Shown: piece after piece, positions 42,735 through 55,135 of the stretch
Position numbering within the stretch: the stretch's first letter is position 1
Layout of the letters: each line of letters starts with the position of its first letter
Assembly: GCF_018350175.1 (NCBI RefSeq)
Contig: NC_058369.1
Coordinates: 5,952,001-6,016,000 of the forward strand
DNA from: Felis catus
Taxonomy: Eukaryota
Direction: 5' to 3'
DNA length: 64,000 bases
Notes under the pieces: model-generated
Told to the model about the DNA's origin: nothing
Seen by the model: only the letters and a program-made list of their open reading frames with translations
Database searches by the model: none
Position numbers and translations under genes: made by a program

Positions 42735-45700
42735 TCAGTTGTCCAGGCCCTGGCTGTAGGGCGCGGCCAGCTCGTCGGCGTCGCTGTCTGAGCTGCCCTC
42801 GCTGTCCTTGGCCGGCCGCTCCAGACGGCGGAAGAAGCGCGCGTCGCGCGGGGACAGCGGGTAGAGCGCGTCCTGCAGCGCCGCGCCCACGCCCACGCCC
42901 ACGCCGAGCAGCTCCTCGTCGGACGACGGCAGCGAGTCCTCGTCCAGGTGCCGCGCCAGGCCCAGCCCGTCGAAGGCCAGCGGGTCCTCGAAGGGCGGCG
43001 GGCCCTTCAGCAGCCTCACCTGGGGCGGGGAACCGGCGCGCTGAAGGCGCGGACGGACGCGCCCACGGACGGAGCCCGGCCCGCCAGGCCGCTCCTCCCG
43101 CGCCCTCCCGGGCGCCGACGCCCGAGCGTCACCCGCCGAGGACACGCGGGGCTTCCGCCCGTCCCGCGCCAGCCGGGGCGGCCCCGCGCTCACCTCGGCC
43201 TTCAGCTCCTCGATCTGGTCCTTGAGCTCGCGGATGTACTGCGACGAGTCGGAGTGGTTCAGCTGGCCCTGGATGCGGCCCTCCTCCCTCTGCGGGGCGG
43301 GCCAGGTCACGGGGGGTCAGGGCCGGGCCCGCCCCGGGGCCCGTCCCCCGCCGCCGCCCCGCCGCTCACCTGGATCTCCAGCTCGGCGATGCGCTGCCGC
43401 ATCTCGGCCACCGCCGCCATGCTGTCGGCCTCCCGCAGGCGCACGGCCATCACCTCCTCCTTGCTCTGGGGGGGGCAGAGGGGGCGAGGGCGCGTCAAGG
43501 CGCGCGGCGGGGCGGGGGCCGGGCCGGGCCGGGGCGGCGGGCGGGGGCGCACCTTGCACTCGGCCTCCGCCTGCTTCCGGCGGCTTTCGCTCAGCTGCGT
43601 CTGCAGCCCCTTGTTCTGCGCCGCCAGGTACTGCAGCTTCTCCTGCAGCGCCGCGCGCTCCGCCTCCACGCGGTTCAGCAGGTTGCGGTGGATGTGGTCC
43701 TGAGGGCGGCCGGGGGGCGGGGTCACGGCCCAGCCGCGGGGCCCACCCCGCCACCCACCCCCCTCCCCGGCCCCCGCCGCGGCGCGGGCGCTCGGGCCCA
43801 CCTGCGTCTCGAGCTCCACCACGCGCTGCCGCAGCTCGCGCCCCTCGGCCAGAGCCTGGGCCTCGCGCAGACGCACGCTCATCAGCTCGTCCTGCAGCTC
43901 GCCCAGCACCAGCTTCCGCGGGGACTCCTTCCAGCGGCCGCCGCGGGACAGATGGGCCTGGAGGGGGCGGGGAGAGGCGGGCGGTGCGTCTCCAGGCCCG
44001 AGGGTCGCGCGGGCCGCTCCGCGCGCGTCGGGCTGGGGCCCTCACCTGCCAGGTGTCCGAGAGCTCCTGCAGCTGTAGCTTCAGCTCCCGCGCCGAGGCC
44101 ACGGCCTCGCCCTCCCGCACCTTGAGCGCCTTCAGCTCCTCCTGCAGCCGCGCCACGTTGTTCTCGTCGGGCAGCGAGCTGTTCCGCTGCGGGGCGAGAG
44201 GTGGTCAGCGCCCGGGGCGGGGGAAGCCGCGCGTCGGGCGGCCCTGCCTGCGGGACCAACACCCCTCCCTCGCGGTCTTCTGAGCTCCACCCCGGGCACC
44301 CCGGCGAGGAGGGGTTCGCCCCTGACCCCGGGATACACTGGGAAGGCGGCCCAGGCCCCTGGGGAGCAGACCCGACCCCACGTGGCCCCGGGCCTAGATC
44401 CGCAGAAATCCTGCCGGCGGAACGGCACCCGCTCTCACTGGACTGTCTCAGGGTGACCCCCTAACGTGTGGGTCTTCCATAAATGTTACTGCTCATAACA
44501 CCAGGTAGGCTGGGATAGGGCGGGTGCCCCGCCACGTGGGAACCCGAGATCACCCCCTGGGGCCCATGGTCAGACCTGGAACCTGCCCCAGCAACAGCCG
44601 AGAAGGCTGTGGGTCACAGCTCCCTGTCCGTGTTCCTCTCTCCCCCAGACAGGGACAGGAAGCCCCTTTCCTTGGAACAGGCGACAGTCTAGGCCTAGGC
44701 CTAGGCCTGGCGGTTCCAAGGGCTCCAGTCCCTTAGGTCAAAATCCAGCTTGCTGCTAGAGGTCCTCACCGCCCCCAGTTTGAGTCTGGGAGCTGGGGGG
44801 AGGGTGGCAGGGTCTCCTGGGGTGCACATTTCCCTCTGATGTGGAGGGAGGTGGGAGGGAAGCCCTGTTCTGGGCCAGCTGGTGGAGCCTGAGAGGCCCA
44901 TGGGGGGGTGGAGACACCCCACTTGGGAGGGCACCCCAAATAGCGCAGGCTTGAGGGAGGTGGGGCATGGCTTCTGCCTGGTGTGAGTGCGTTCTGCTGC
45001 CCCCTGCTGGCTGGGGCACCTCTTTCCCAGGGCTTTGTGGGAGTTGAGTCAACATGGAGTCAGGGTGACAGCAGTTGAGGAGGGCCCAGGAGGTCTGGGG
45101 CGCCCTTCAGAGTAGCAGGTGGGAGCAGGTGGTCTCTGTATGGAGGTGGGGAGGGGGAGAGCAACCCCCAGGGGCCCTGGCCTTCCTTCCCACCTCCATC
45201 CTGGACCCCAGGGCCTGTGGAGACACAGGCAGGTGGGACTGGCTATCCAGGAAGCCCTTGAAAGCCACCACACTGCTGTCCCTTGAGGAGTCACGCTGCT
45301 TTGTGTGTGCCCTGATGTGTGTGTGTGTGTGTGTGTAGATATCCAGGGCAGGGGGGCTTGACACGCCCCACTGGGTCTGTCTGGTCACCCCTTCTCAACT
45401 AGGGCCTGCTCATGCACCTCCAGAAGCACGTCTGGTCCCTCCACCTCCCCTCCTCCACGGTCTCCCCAACACCTGCCCACTTGCCGGCCCAGTCGCACCT
45501 TCTCCATGTCTAGAACCTTGTCCTGCATCTCCCGCAGGGCCCCCAGCGTCTCTGTCTCCCGCAGCCGTGACTGCTCCAGCTCAGTCTCCAGGTGGGCCAC
45601 AAAGTCCTCGGTGAGGCGCGGGTTGTCCTGGGGGCAGGCAGAGGGCTGCAGCTGGGGGTCAGTAGCCTTCCTGCCAGCTGGCCGCAGGCCTGGGCTCTGC

Positions 45701-48700
45701 CCCCCCCCCCCCCTTCTCAGAGCCCCTGGGCTGGCAGAGGGGGCCGCGGCTGCGGTGGTGAGGAGAAGCCCTGGATCCCCTTCCCTGTGCCTTCTGCCCC
45801 CGTGGGGAGGGAGCTGAACCCCATCATGGGGCTTCTGATGCTCGGTGCCTAGGGATGGAGCCCCCCTGGCTTAGCCTCTTTGCTGGGAAAGCCACAAAGT
45901 GGGGACCTTCTGCAGGGCTCTTTCCAGGGCCTCAGGCTGGCTCCTAGGCTTGCTAGGGTTGGGGTGGAGGACGGGTTCTCCCAGGCACGTTCCCCAAGGT
46001 GAAGTCAGCGCCTAAGCACAAAGTGGGGGTGGGAGCAGCGTGGGGCTGGGGCATTCTTGCCCCTCCTCCACCTCCCTCCTCTCGCCGCACCCTCATTTCA
46101 AAACAGAAAGGGGTGGGGAGTCTGCTGGGATCAGGCTCTTGCTCAGGGCCCAGAAGGCTTCTCAACGCACGTACCCCAGGGTGAGCCCCAGGGGAGTGGA
46201 TACCCGCCTGGTGGGTGAGGGAAGCAAGCCCTGGGGCTGGAGCCATGGCCCCATCTCGATGCCTGGAGGCCCGGGAGGGTGGTTCTCCAGGAGGTGGTCC
46301 CAGCCTCTCCTGGCTGCTGGCCCCTTCCCAGGGGAGGGCCCGCTCGCCGCCCTTGGCTACCGCAGGTCTCCGAGATCCACGGGTTCGAGGGGCCCTCCCT
46401 TGGCTCGCGTGGGCCCCGGGCCCCACGATCAGCCCCAGCCCCAGCCCCAGCAGCTATCTCCCTGCCTCACCCGCCTCTGCAGCTCAGGGGTGGCAGGTGG
46501 CGGTCTCTCTGGCCTGAAAGGGGTCATCGTGCCAAGGCTGGGATGAGCCCAGCCTTTGTTTCCCCATCGGCCTTGCTGCCGCCAGGGCTACGGTGCCGCT
46601 GGCAGGTCATGGGAAAAGGAAGGTGGCCTGGGCAGAGCCAAAGGAAAACCCGAAAAGCCACCTCCTGGAGAAGTGGACTCTTCACGGTGCTCTCGCTTGA
46701 GCACCCCCCGCCCCCGCCACTGACCCAGGGTTCATGACCCACAGCAGAATCGGGCTGCCCCCTCACCCCGACTCCGCCAGCTCAGAGCGGTGAGCACAGA
46801 CCGGACCCTCTTCTGAGGGCAAAGTGCTGGGCACTGGAGCGGGGAACCCTCTCTGTCTCTCGTTCTAGCTCCCATCCCGCATGGCTGGCCCCCGGGGAAG
46901 CCCACAGCCCTTCAGACCTCAGGGACATGCTGGACGTTCCCCTAGGGAATCACAGCCACGTCAGCTGAGGGAGGGGGCACTGCAGGTGCAGCCTGGTTCC
47001 CAGGGGCCCTTGCGCCGAGGCCGCCTCGTTCTCAGTGTGGCAGGCCAGACGCCTCACCGGCGGGTGGGACGTGGGTGTGGGGCTGTGGGGGGAGCCGCGT
47101 CCCCTCCGGCTTTCTCCGTCCCCCCTACCCTGCCTGCTAGGAAGTAACCGGGCGGGTCCGGAAGGCCGGGCGGCTGTGGTGCGGGGCCCCACCCGGCCGG
47201 GTACCTGCTGCTCCTGAAGCTGCCGGATGGTGCTCCGTGCCTTCTGTAGGTCCTCGGCCGCTGAGCTACACTGCTGCCGCACCACTGCCAGCTCCCGCTT
47301 GATGACGTAGTTCTCCTCGGCCTCCTGCGCCCGCGTCACCTGGCCCTGAGCACAGCGAGGACCGGATGCTGTGGCCCTCCGCTCACATATGGCCCCCCCT
47401 CGGGCCCACCTCAGGGGGCGGCCCAGAGAGGGAAGGAAGGGGACGAGGTCTCCCGCACTCAGAGCCTGGGATGGGGAGCCCCGCCGGGCCTGGGCACGTG
47501 CGGAGGGGCACAGGGAGGAGCCTGGAGGGGGAGAGCCACCCTGGGGCCCAGGCTTTGTGGCGCCTGAATGGAGAAAGCACAAATGGCAGCTCCTTCCCCT
47601 GCCAGCTCCTGGCTCTCGGCCCCTGCCCCAGGTGGGGAGAAAGGATCCTTACTTAGGCCGATGGCACAGCAGAGTCTGGGCCCCACTGGTGAAGGTGGGG
47701 GTCTGGAGGCAGCCAGGGCCCCAGGGACTCAGGGACAGCCCCTCAGGGCAGGGCTGGGAGGTGGGACGTAGCTCTCCTACAACTCTCCGGTCCTGGCATC
47801 TGGGGCCCCCATCTACCCAGGGCGAAGAACCCCCCCCAGCCTGATCCCCCCACCCCAACCAATTCGGGCTGCCCCCCATTCCAGGCTCGGAGCCACCAGG
47901 TGGTGGGCAGAAGCTTCCAGATAAAGCCATTCAAGGTGAGGCAGCAGCAGAAGCAGGTGAGAGATGGTAGGCCTTGCAGGTAGGAGCGGAGAGGAGTGTG
48001 AGGGGTCAGAAGGGGGGTGGTGGTGGTGGTGGTGGTGGTGGTGGTGGTGGTGGTAGTGGTGGTGGTGGTGTGTGTGTGGTAGAGAGGCTCAGTGCAGTGC
48101 ACACACCAGGGCCTGTTGCTGATATAGCCTCAGGGCCCCCACCTGTGTCCCCCGGAGGGCGGAGTCTTTCTGCACACGTGCATGGGCTTACACTCAGACA
48201 CGCTCACACGCACCCACACACACCGTGCTGTCACGCGCACACCCCTCTTCCCCCCTAGGGAAACCTTTGTTTCCCCTGGAAGCGAGCCTCAGCCACCCCC
48301 ATGCACGGTGCCAGGCCTGCCCCCACCCCGCCCCAGGTGCACCGCCCCCCCCCCCCCCATGGCAGTGGCCGAGGAAGAGGCTGTCCCTGGCTGTGGTGTG
48401 CAGGGACAGGGAAGGAAGCGGGAGAGGGAGACGAAAAGCTACAGTACCTGGATTAACCTATCAGCCAGAGCAGCGCTCTCCTACCCGGCGGAGGGGGTTC
48501 CGAGCAACAGGGGGAGGAGGCAGAGCGGAAGGCGCGCAGGGACAGGAGAGGGGGAGAGACAGACAAGAACGACTTGTCACTAACGCAGTGGACTATCTCT
48601 AGAAGCAGGGGAGAGAGGAGTGAGACCAGAGAACCAAAGAACCAGCAGGAGAGGACCCGGAGGAAGACCAAAGCCAGAGCTAGCTCCGTCCTGGAGAGGG

Positions 48701-51700
48701 GTCTGTGTGTGGGTGGGGACGTGGGGGTGCCCACGGCTACACCCTCCAGGGCCCAGAAAACTCGGCGTGGGAGGCGGCGCCATCCCCGGAGGGTGAGGGG
48801 CGGGGTGGCAGCGCTGGGCCAGGGCGAAGTGTTTTCCCGTGGAGTCTAAGCAAGAATTGAGACTTCGGGGCAAGGGCAGTAAAATCTGGTGGGGGGCTAC
48901 TCTCTGTGGGCAGTGGAGGGCCAAGTGAGGCGGGGAGAGGAGCAGGAAGGTGGGACCCCCCCGCCTTTACTCCTGTCCTTAAAAGCAGGCTGGGGGCCAG
49001 GGTCAAGGTTGTGGCATCCCACCACGGCGCCAGTGGTAAGGCCTCCCCTCTCCTCTCCTTTCTTTTGAGGGGGAGGCTTCCAAATTCCACGGTTGGGAGC
49101 CTGCGGCCTAACTCGGGGCACCTCAGTCAAAGCTGCGGTTCTGCCTCTTTCCGCCCCATGCAGGCTGCCCAGGAGGGACCAGTGTGTGCAGTGAACTGGG
49201 TTGTAACCTCACACCCGATCCCAAGCGAAGCGGCCCTAGAACCCCTGAGTATATGGCAGCCCCCATCTCGGTGGGGCTGGGGGTGGGGGCCCCGTGAGAT
49301 TTACACCATGCTCCTCGGGGCCTGCTGGCTCAGGGTGGGGCCCGGGCCCTGGCCCGGGTGGGGGGCTGGCCGGCCCTCTGGCTGCTGGGTCCTGCTTGGG
49401 GCCTGGAGGAGTTGGTGCCACAGGCTGGTGGCCACGCTCCTAACCTTCTCCAGGGTCTCAATCCGTTGTTTCAGGAGCCGGTTCTCCGTCCGAAGCCTCT
49501 ATGTGGGGAGAGGGGGGGGAGTGTGTCAGAACCCCACCCCGTTCCCCATACACACAGAGGCCTGTCCCCTTAAGGGCCAGGTCGCCTCCTGGCAAGATGG
49601 AGTCGTGGTCAGGTGTTCTGGGTCAGTGATTCCAGAAAACAGGGCCAATCCCTGTTCAGAATGGCCCATTAGATTTTTTTTTTTTTTTAAAGAATCCTTG
49701 GTTCACTTAAAACAATGTGATCGCTTTCAGGCGTCAGCAGTCAGCACCCACACCCACTTTCTCTGGAGTCTGTTTCCACCCCACACGGGGGCCTGCCAAA
49801 GGCCAATGTGACACCTATCACTGGGCAGACCCTTCCTCTGGGTCTGTCAGTCCCCGCCCCTCATGGCTCTGCTTCGGGCACCAGAACGAACTGTTCTCAG
49901 AGTCTGGGTCCAGGGGAGGGGTTCTTGCTGAACACACAGGCTTCCTTCAGCGGGACAGCTACATTTCTGTGAGCCACCAAAAATCAGCTGTGCTCAAAAG
50001 CTGTCACTTCCCTCCAGCGGGGCGGTTCTGGAGGCAGTTTCCCTCGCTTTCCGCCTTCTCTCCTGCACTGATGGATTTGGGTTAGATATTTGTGGTTTTA
50101 AGTTCCCCGTGGCCTTTTGGGAAGCAGGTGAGCTTTATATATGCCTTGCATCGTAGCCTCTGCTAGGCACCCCTTACGAAGCGGGTACAGATAGTTGGAC
50201 CCAGAGTGTGTGCTGAATGAACACCAACCAGATCCTGCGTCTTCCTGAAGCCCCAGGCCCCACATTCATCCGTTATTAATGAGGGCCCCGCCTCCCTGTG
50301 GATCACAAAGAACCTTTCCTGGTTTCTTCCCGGGAGAAAAAGGTGATGGAAACACTCAGAACACTCCCAGGAGGCAACCGCGGTCAGAGAGAATCATAGA
50401 CTCGATTGAGGGTCATTCACTGATGTCACGGGTGGGGAAACTGAGTCCCAAGGGGGTGGTGGCTTGCCCGGGCCTCCCAGCTGGCCTGGGTTCGATCTGT
50501 TTCGGGCAGGCTCTCTGCCCCATATCTGCGCTCCAGGGTCCTGATCCTCGCCCCCGGCCCCTGCACTGCGCTGCCTTCTCTCTGGCCACGACCCACCACC
50601 GCAGAATTGCAGAATCGCAGAGATCCCTGAGAAGCCGCATGTGCCCGACTGACAACTCCCCTCTCTCCTGCTTACCCCAAAGGGAAAATAAGAGACAGGG
50701 AGTGAACAGGGACTACAGGGTCAAGGCACACGCTGGGCTTTTTTTTTTTTTTCTTTTAAATTTTCTGTATTTTTGATGCTTTGATATCCAGCCACCTTGC
50801 TAATCTTGGAGAGAATGCCTGGCCCTCGACTAGCCTTTCGTATGCAAACCAGCCAATACAGAGCCCACAGCCACCCACCTTCCCTATAGCACTGACACAC
50901 CCAGCCAGCGTTCTCCCTGCCCCAAATTATCCCAGGGCAACCGAGGACTCTCCTGTAGCCCACAGCTTCTGCTGAAATTGTTCAGACCAACCAATCCTGA
51001 ACTCAAACTTGACGGCCTGCCTTGCCCATTCCTTCCTGGGGATGCCCAATAAAGGAGCTGGCCCACGCTTTCCCTCTCTCACCCTCTGCATCCTGACCCA
51101 CTCTGACCCACTCGGGTGCTTCCCCACGTGGCCAGGTGTGGTGGGGCGTGCCCCCTCCTTTTGGCAACTAGGAGTAATAAATTCTTTCAAGGGCAGTGTC
51201 GTCTCTGTGTCTGTCACTTGACCACCTGATTAAAACAAATTTCAGGTACATTTTGAAACAGGCTAAAAGTGAAAGCGCCAAGGGCAGGGCCATCCATGAA
51301 AGAAGGCGTCTGCCTGGATCCTTTAAGGTCTGTGGGCTCTCAGGCTCCTCTCCTGGAAATTTCCAGGTTGGGCATGTAGTCTGAGTGTCTGCTGTGTCCC
51401 TACGTACCTACCACTGGGCCCTCACAGTCACCAGATGGGTGCAGGCCCATGACCGTGTATGAGCAAGACAGGCACACACGTTGGGACTGGTGCATCAGTC
51501 AAGCTGCCATTCTTGAGAAAGGGGGATGCTTGCAAACTCAGGACACAAAACTTTCTGGAAAGCCAACAAACAGGACCAGGACACCGATGCCCTCTTTCCC
51601 CTTCAGGTATGGGTGGCAGGTGACCTGGCTTCTAATCTAGATTCTGCCTCTGCCTCTGCCCCTCTAAAGGGGGTAGAGACGTTGATAGTGGTGATGATAA

Positions 51701-54700
51701 TAAAACTAAAATTAACAATAATGATAATAATTTGAACAGCAGAGCAAATGTTATTCCCATTTTGCAGAAGGGGACACTGAGGCTCAGAAAGGTGAATCCA
51801 CCTTCCTAGGTCATACAGCTGGTCCACGGCAGAGCTGGGAAGTGAATTCTGAAGAGGACAAAGCCAGGTGTGTTGGGGTTTGGGTTTGTGTCTGTCCCTC
51901 TCACTGGACTGGGGAGACCCTCAGTCTCTGCTGTGACTCTGGCATGCAGTAGATGCTCAATAAATGCTTGTTGCATGAATAACTAAAATCACATGCAGAA
52001 GGATGAAAGCAGAGGAAGGAGAGAGAGGCGAGTCTGGGTCTGAGGGGTCACAGTGGGCACCGTCCTCGGTCCTCCGTGCCTGCCCCTGACCTCAGGGCTC
52101 CGCCCATCAGGGCCAGCTTTCCTGATATTCCTCCGGTCCATCAGGCCTGCTGTTGCTCGGCCTTTTTGCACTGACTCCCTGGGCCCAGAGCAATCTTCCC
52201 TGGGTCAGCTCCGCCTCTCCTCTGCGCGTTTTTATCCAGAGTACTTTCTGGAGTCCATAGCCTGTACCATTTGTTCCCCGACCATCTCCCCACGATAATG
52301 AGGAGGGCGTCCCATGAGGGTGGGGACCTATCCACCTTATCTGCCACCGGTCTCTGACAGTGGGGTGGGCCCTTGCTCACACGCCGGCCCGCTGGTGAAG
52401 GAAGGGCAGGTGTGTGGAGGCAGACGCCTCGGACTCGAAGCACAGGCTGTGTGCGGCTTGGGCAAGGCTGCCCTCCCAAGGGCACCCCGTCCCTGCCCCC
52501 ACTCCCGCGACTCACTTTGATCTCGATCTGCTCCTCCATTTCCTTGCTCTTCATGGCTGCGTACTCCTTCTCCAGCCTGCAGAGGGGAGTCAGATGAGGC
52601 CACGTCCCACTCTCGGGGACCCCCTCTGTGCCAGTCCCCTGGCCGCCCGGCACTGACCTCTTCATCTTCTTGGGGTTGTACTTGACCTGGTAGGCCTTGA
52701 GGATCAGCTTGTCCGGGCAGCTGTCGAACTGGTGGGGGATCACCCTCTGGAAGTACTGTGGGGGCACAGGCGGTCACTGACACAGAGGCCCCGAGTGCGG
52801 GGGCCGCCAGAGCTATATGCTGCTTCCCCGCAGGAGGAGCTGGTCTGCCAGGGGCACGGCCACGGCCCAGCTCAGGGTGCAGCCTGTTGCGGGCGCTCTG
52901 TCAGGGCGTGTGGAGCGAGCGAGTGAGCGTGAGAAGCGGGGCCGGGGAAGCAGCATCCACAGCCCGGACCTCAGTTCGAAGGGAAAAAGCAGGGCCTCGG
53001 GAGCTCTAGCCGGCAAAGGCGGGGCGGTAGAGGGGTCTGAGCACAGGGACCTCCGCAGGGGAAGGGGCAGGCATGTCGCTGCCCCCGGGGGGCGGTGAGA
53101 GGAGGCCGAAGAGTGTGAGGAATCAGGGCGGCGGGAGCGGCCTGGAGGGAAGACCCCTCGCTGGTCGGCCCGCACGCCTGCGCCCGGGAGCCCGGGCAAA
53201 GGGTTAAGCGTAAGCCCTGACGGAGCACACAGCTTGCTGCGGTTCGGGGCCAGGCTGGCTCCCGCTCCCCAGCCCAGCTGGCCCCCTCTGGCAGCTGCGC
53301 ACAATGGATGCCCGTGTTCATGGACACAGCCGTGGCCTTTGTGCATTCTTCCCCGAAGCACCAGCTGGAAGACGCGGGGAGGGGCAGGGGCCTGCATGAT
53401 GGGGACATGGCGGAAAAGCAGGCTGGCCTCTTCTCCAGCAGGCGGGACGGCCAGGGCGGGTGTGAAGCTGCCCGGACCCCTCCTTCCCTCCCGGGCCCTC
53501 GCCTGGCCCACGTGCCGGGACCAAAACCACACCCAAGACCTTGTAGTTTGGCTGGTATTACTATTTGCCGGGTTAGACTTTGGAGGACCCAGGGCTGGGA
53601 GCAGGAGGTCGGGGCGGTGGTGGTGGGGGGGGGGTTAGGAGGACCGCCCAGGGCTTGGCTTAAGCCTAGACCTCCCGTCATTTCCCCCAGGCTGCTCCTC
53701 AGAGCCTGTCTGGGTCCTCCAGGAAGGCCTCGGGGAACAGAGGTCATGGCAAAGGGTCAGGATGTTCAGGACACCTTCCGCCCTTGCAACTGCCCCCCCC
53801 CCGCCCCCTGCCATCTCTCAGGAGGCCTTCACCTGCCCCGGTGCCCCTAGTGTAAGGGAATCCCGCCCACCCTGCCCCTCTGGCCCACCTGGGACATCCC
53901 CTCCATGTCCAGCTGCATTAGCTCCGTCTGGTTCACCTGCAGCAGGGCGAGGCCGACCCGGAACACAATCTCCAGGCCCTGCAAAGGTGATGGTGGCGGT
54001 GCATCTCAGGTCCTGTCGTCCCAGGGGTCTCCGAACCCTCCCCGAGTCCCGGCCCTCCCTCAGCCCGGGCCTGGCTGGGGATCTGGGAGAGGAAGGGGTG
54101 TTCGGCGTCCTCACCTCGTACATGAAGATGTCAAAGACACGAGTGGCAACAGGGAGCGGGAAGGTGGTCAGGAAGAGTGTGAGGAACCAGGACGAGGCAT
54201 ACATAGATGTGTGGAAGCTCTGGGAGCGGAAGTGGGTGTTCAGATCCGGGAGCTGCTCCTGGGGTGGGGGTGGGGGGGAGGCCAGGCGCCGTGAGGAGGC
54301 CGCCAGGAATGGCTGTCCGGGCCCCCCGGGGCCCCCTCCACCAGCCAGGGCCGGGCTTCGGCGCCCCGGCCTCCAGGGGGTCTTACCCGCCTGCCCTTGA
54401 CAACCCATGGCACTGTGTCTGGGGGAGGCTGAGGTACCCCAGGGCTCTGAGCAGCACGAGGTGGGGACACCGGCAGGGGCGGCAGGTGCAGCAGCAGCTA
54501 CTGGGTATTGGGGATGCACGGGGGGCCGCACTGGCAACCACCCGTGGGGTCCTCACCGCTGCCTCAAGAGGGAGTTCTGGGGCTCGGGAGAGGTGGGTGG
54601 TTACACAACTCCCCAAGTTCACCCAGAGAGCGAGAGGTGGGCTGTGGCGTGAGCCCCATATTCTGTGACCCGCCGGTTGCTGTGTCCACCCACCGCCCCC

Positions 54701-55089
54701 TACGTGGTACTTGTGCCCAGCGACGCTCAGGGGATGCCTGTCTGCCTGGCCTGAACTTCAGGCAGCTGGCAAGTGACAGGACCCGGGGAAACTGGGGCTG
54801 GACCAGGTGTTAGGACCCCCTGGATGTCCTTCACCAAGACAAAACAGACTCTGGGGCTGTCTCCCCACCTGCCCTGGGGCTTCCTCCGCAGCTGGGGGTT
54901 CTCTGGTGCTGTGCAGCTACTTCACCCGGGAAGGCCTTGGCCACCCAGGCCAGGGTGGGGTCACTTCTTCTCCGTGGCCCCGGGCCACCTGCTTGCCAAC
55001 ACGACCCGGTCCCCTCAAGCGACAGCACCTCCCTGCCATCTGCTATGCAGAGCTACACAGCCCCACCTGTGACCAGCTTCTGAAGCAGG

Positions 55090-55135
<46 letters not shown>

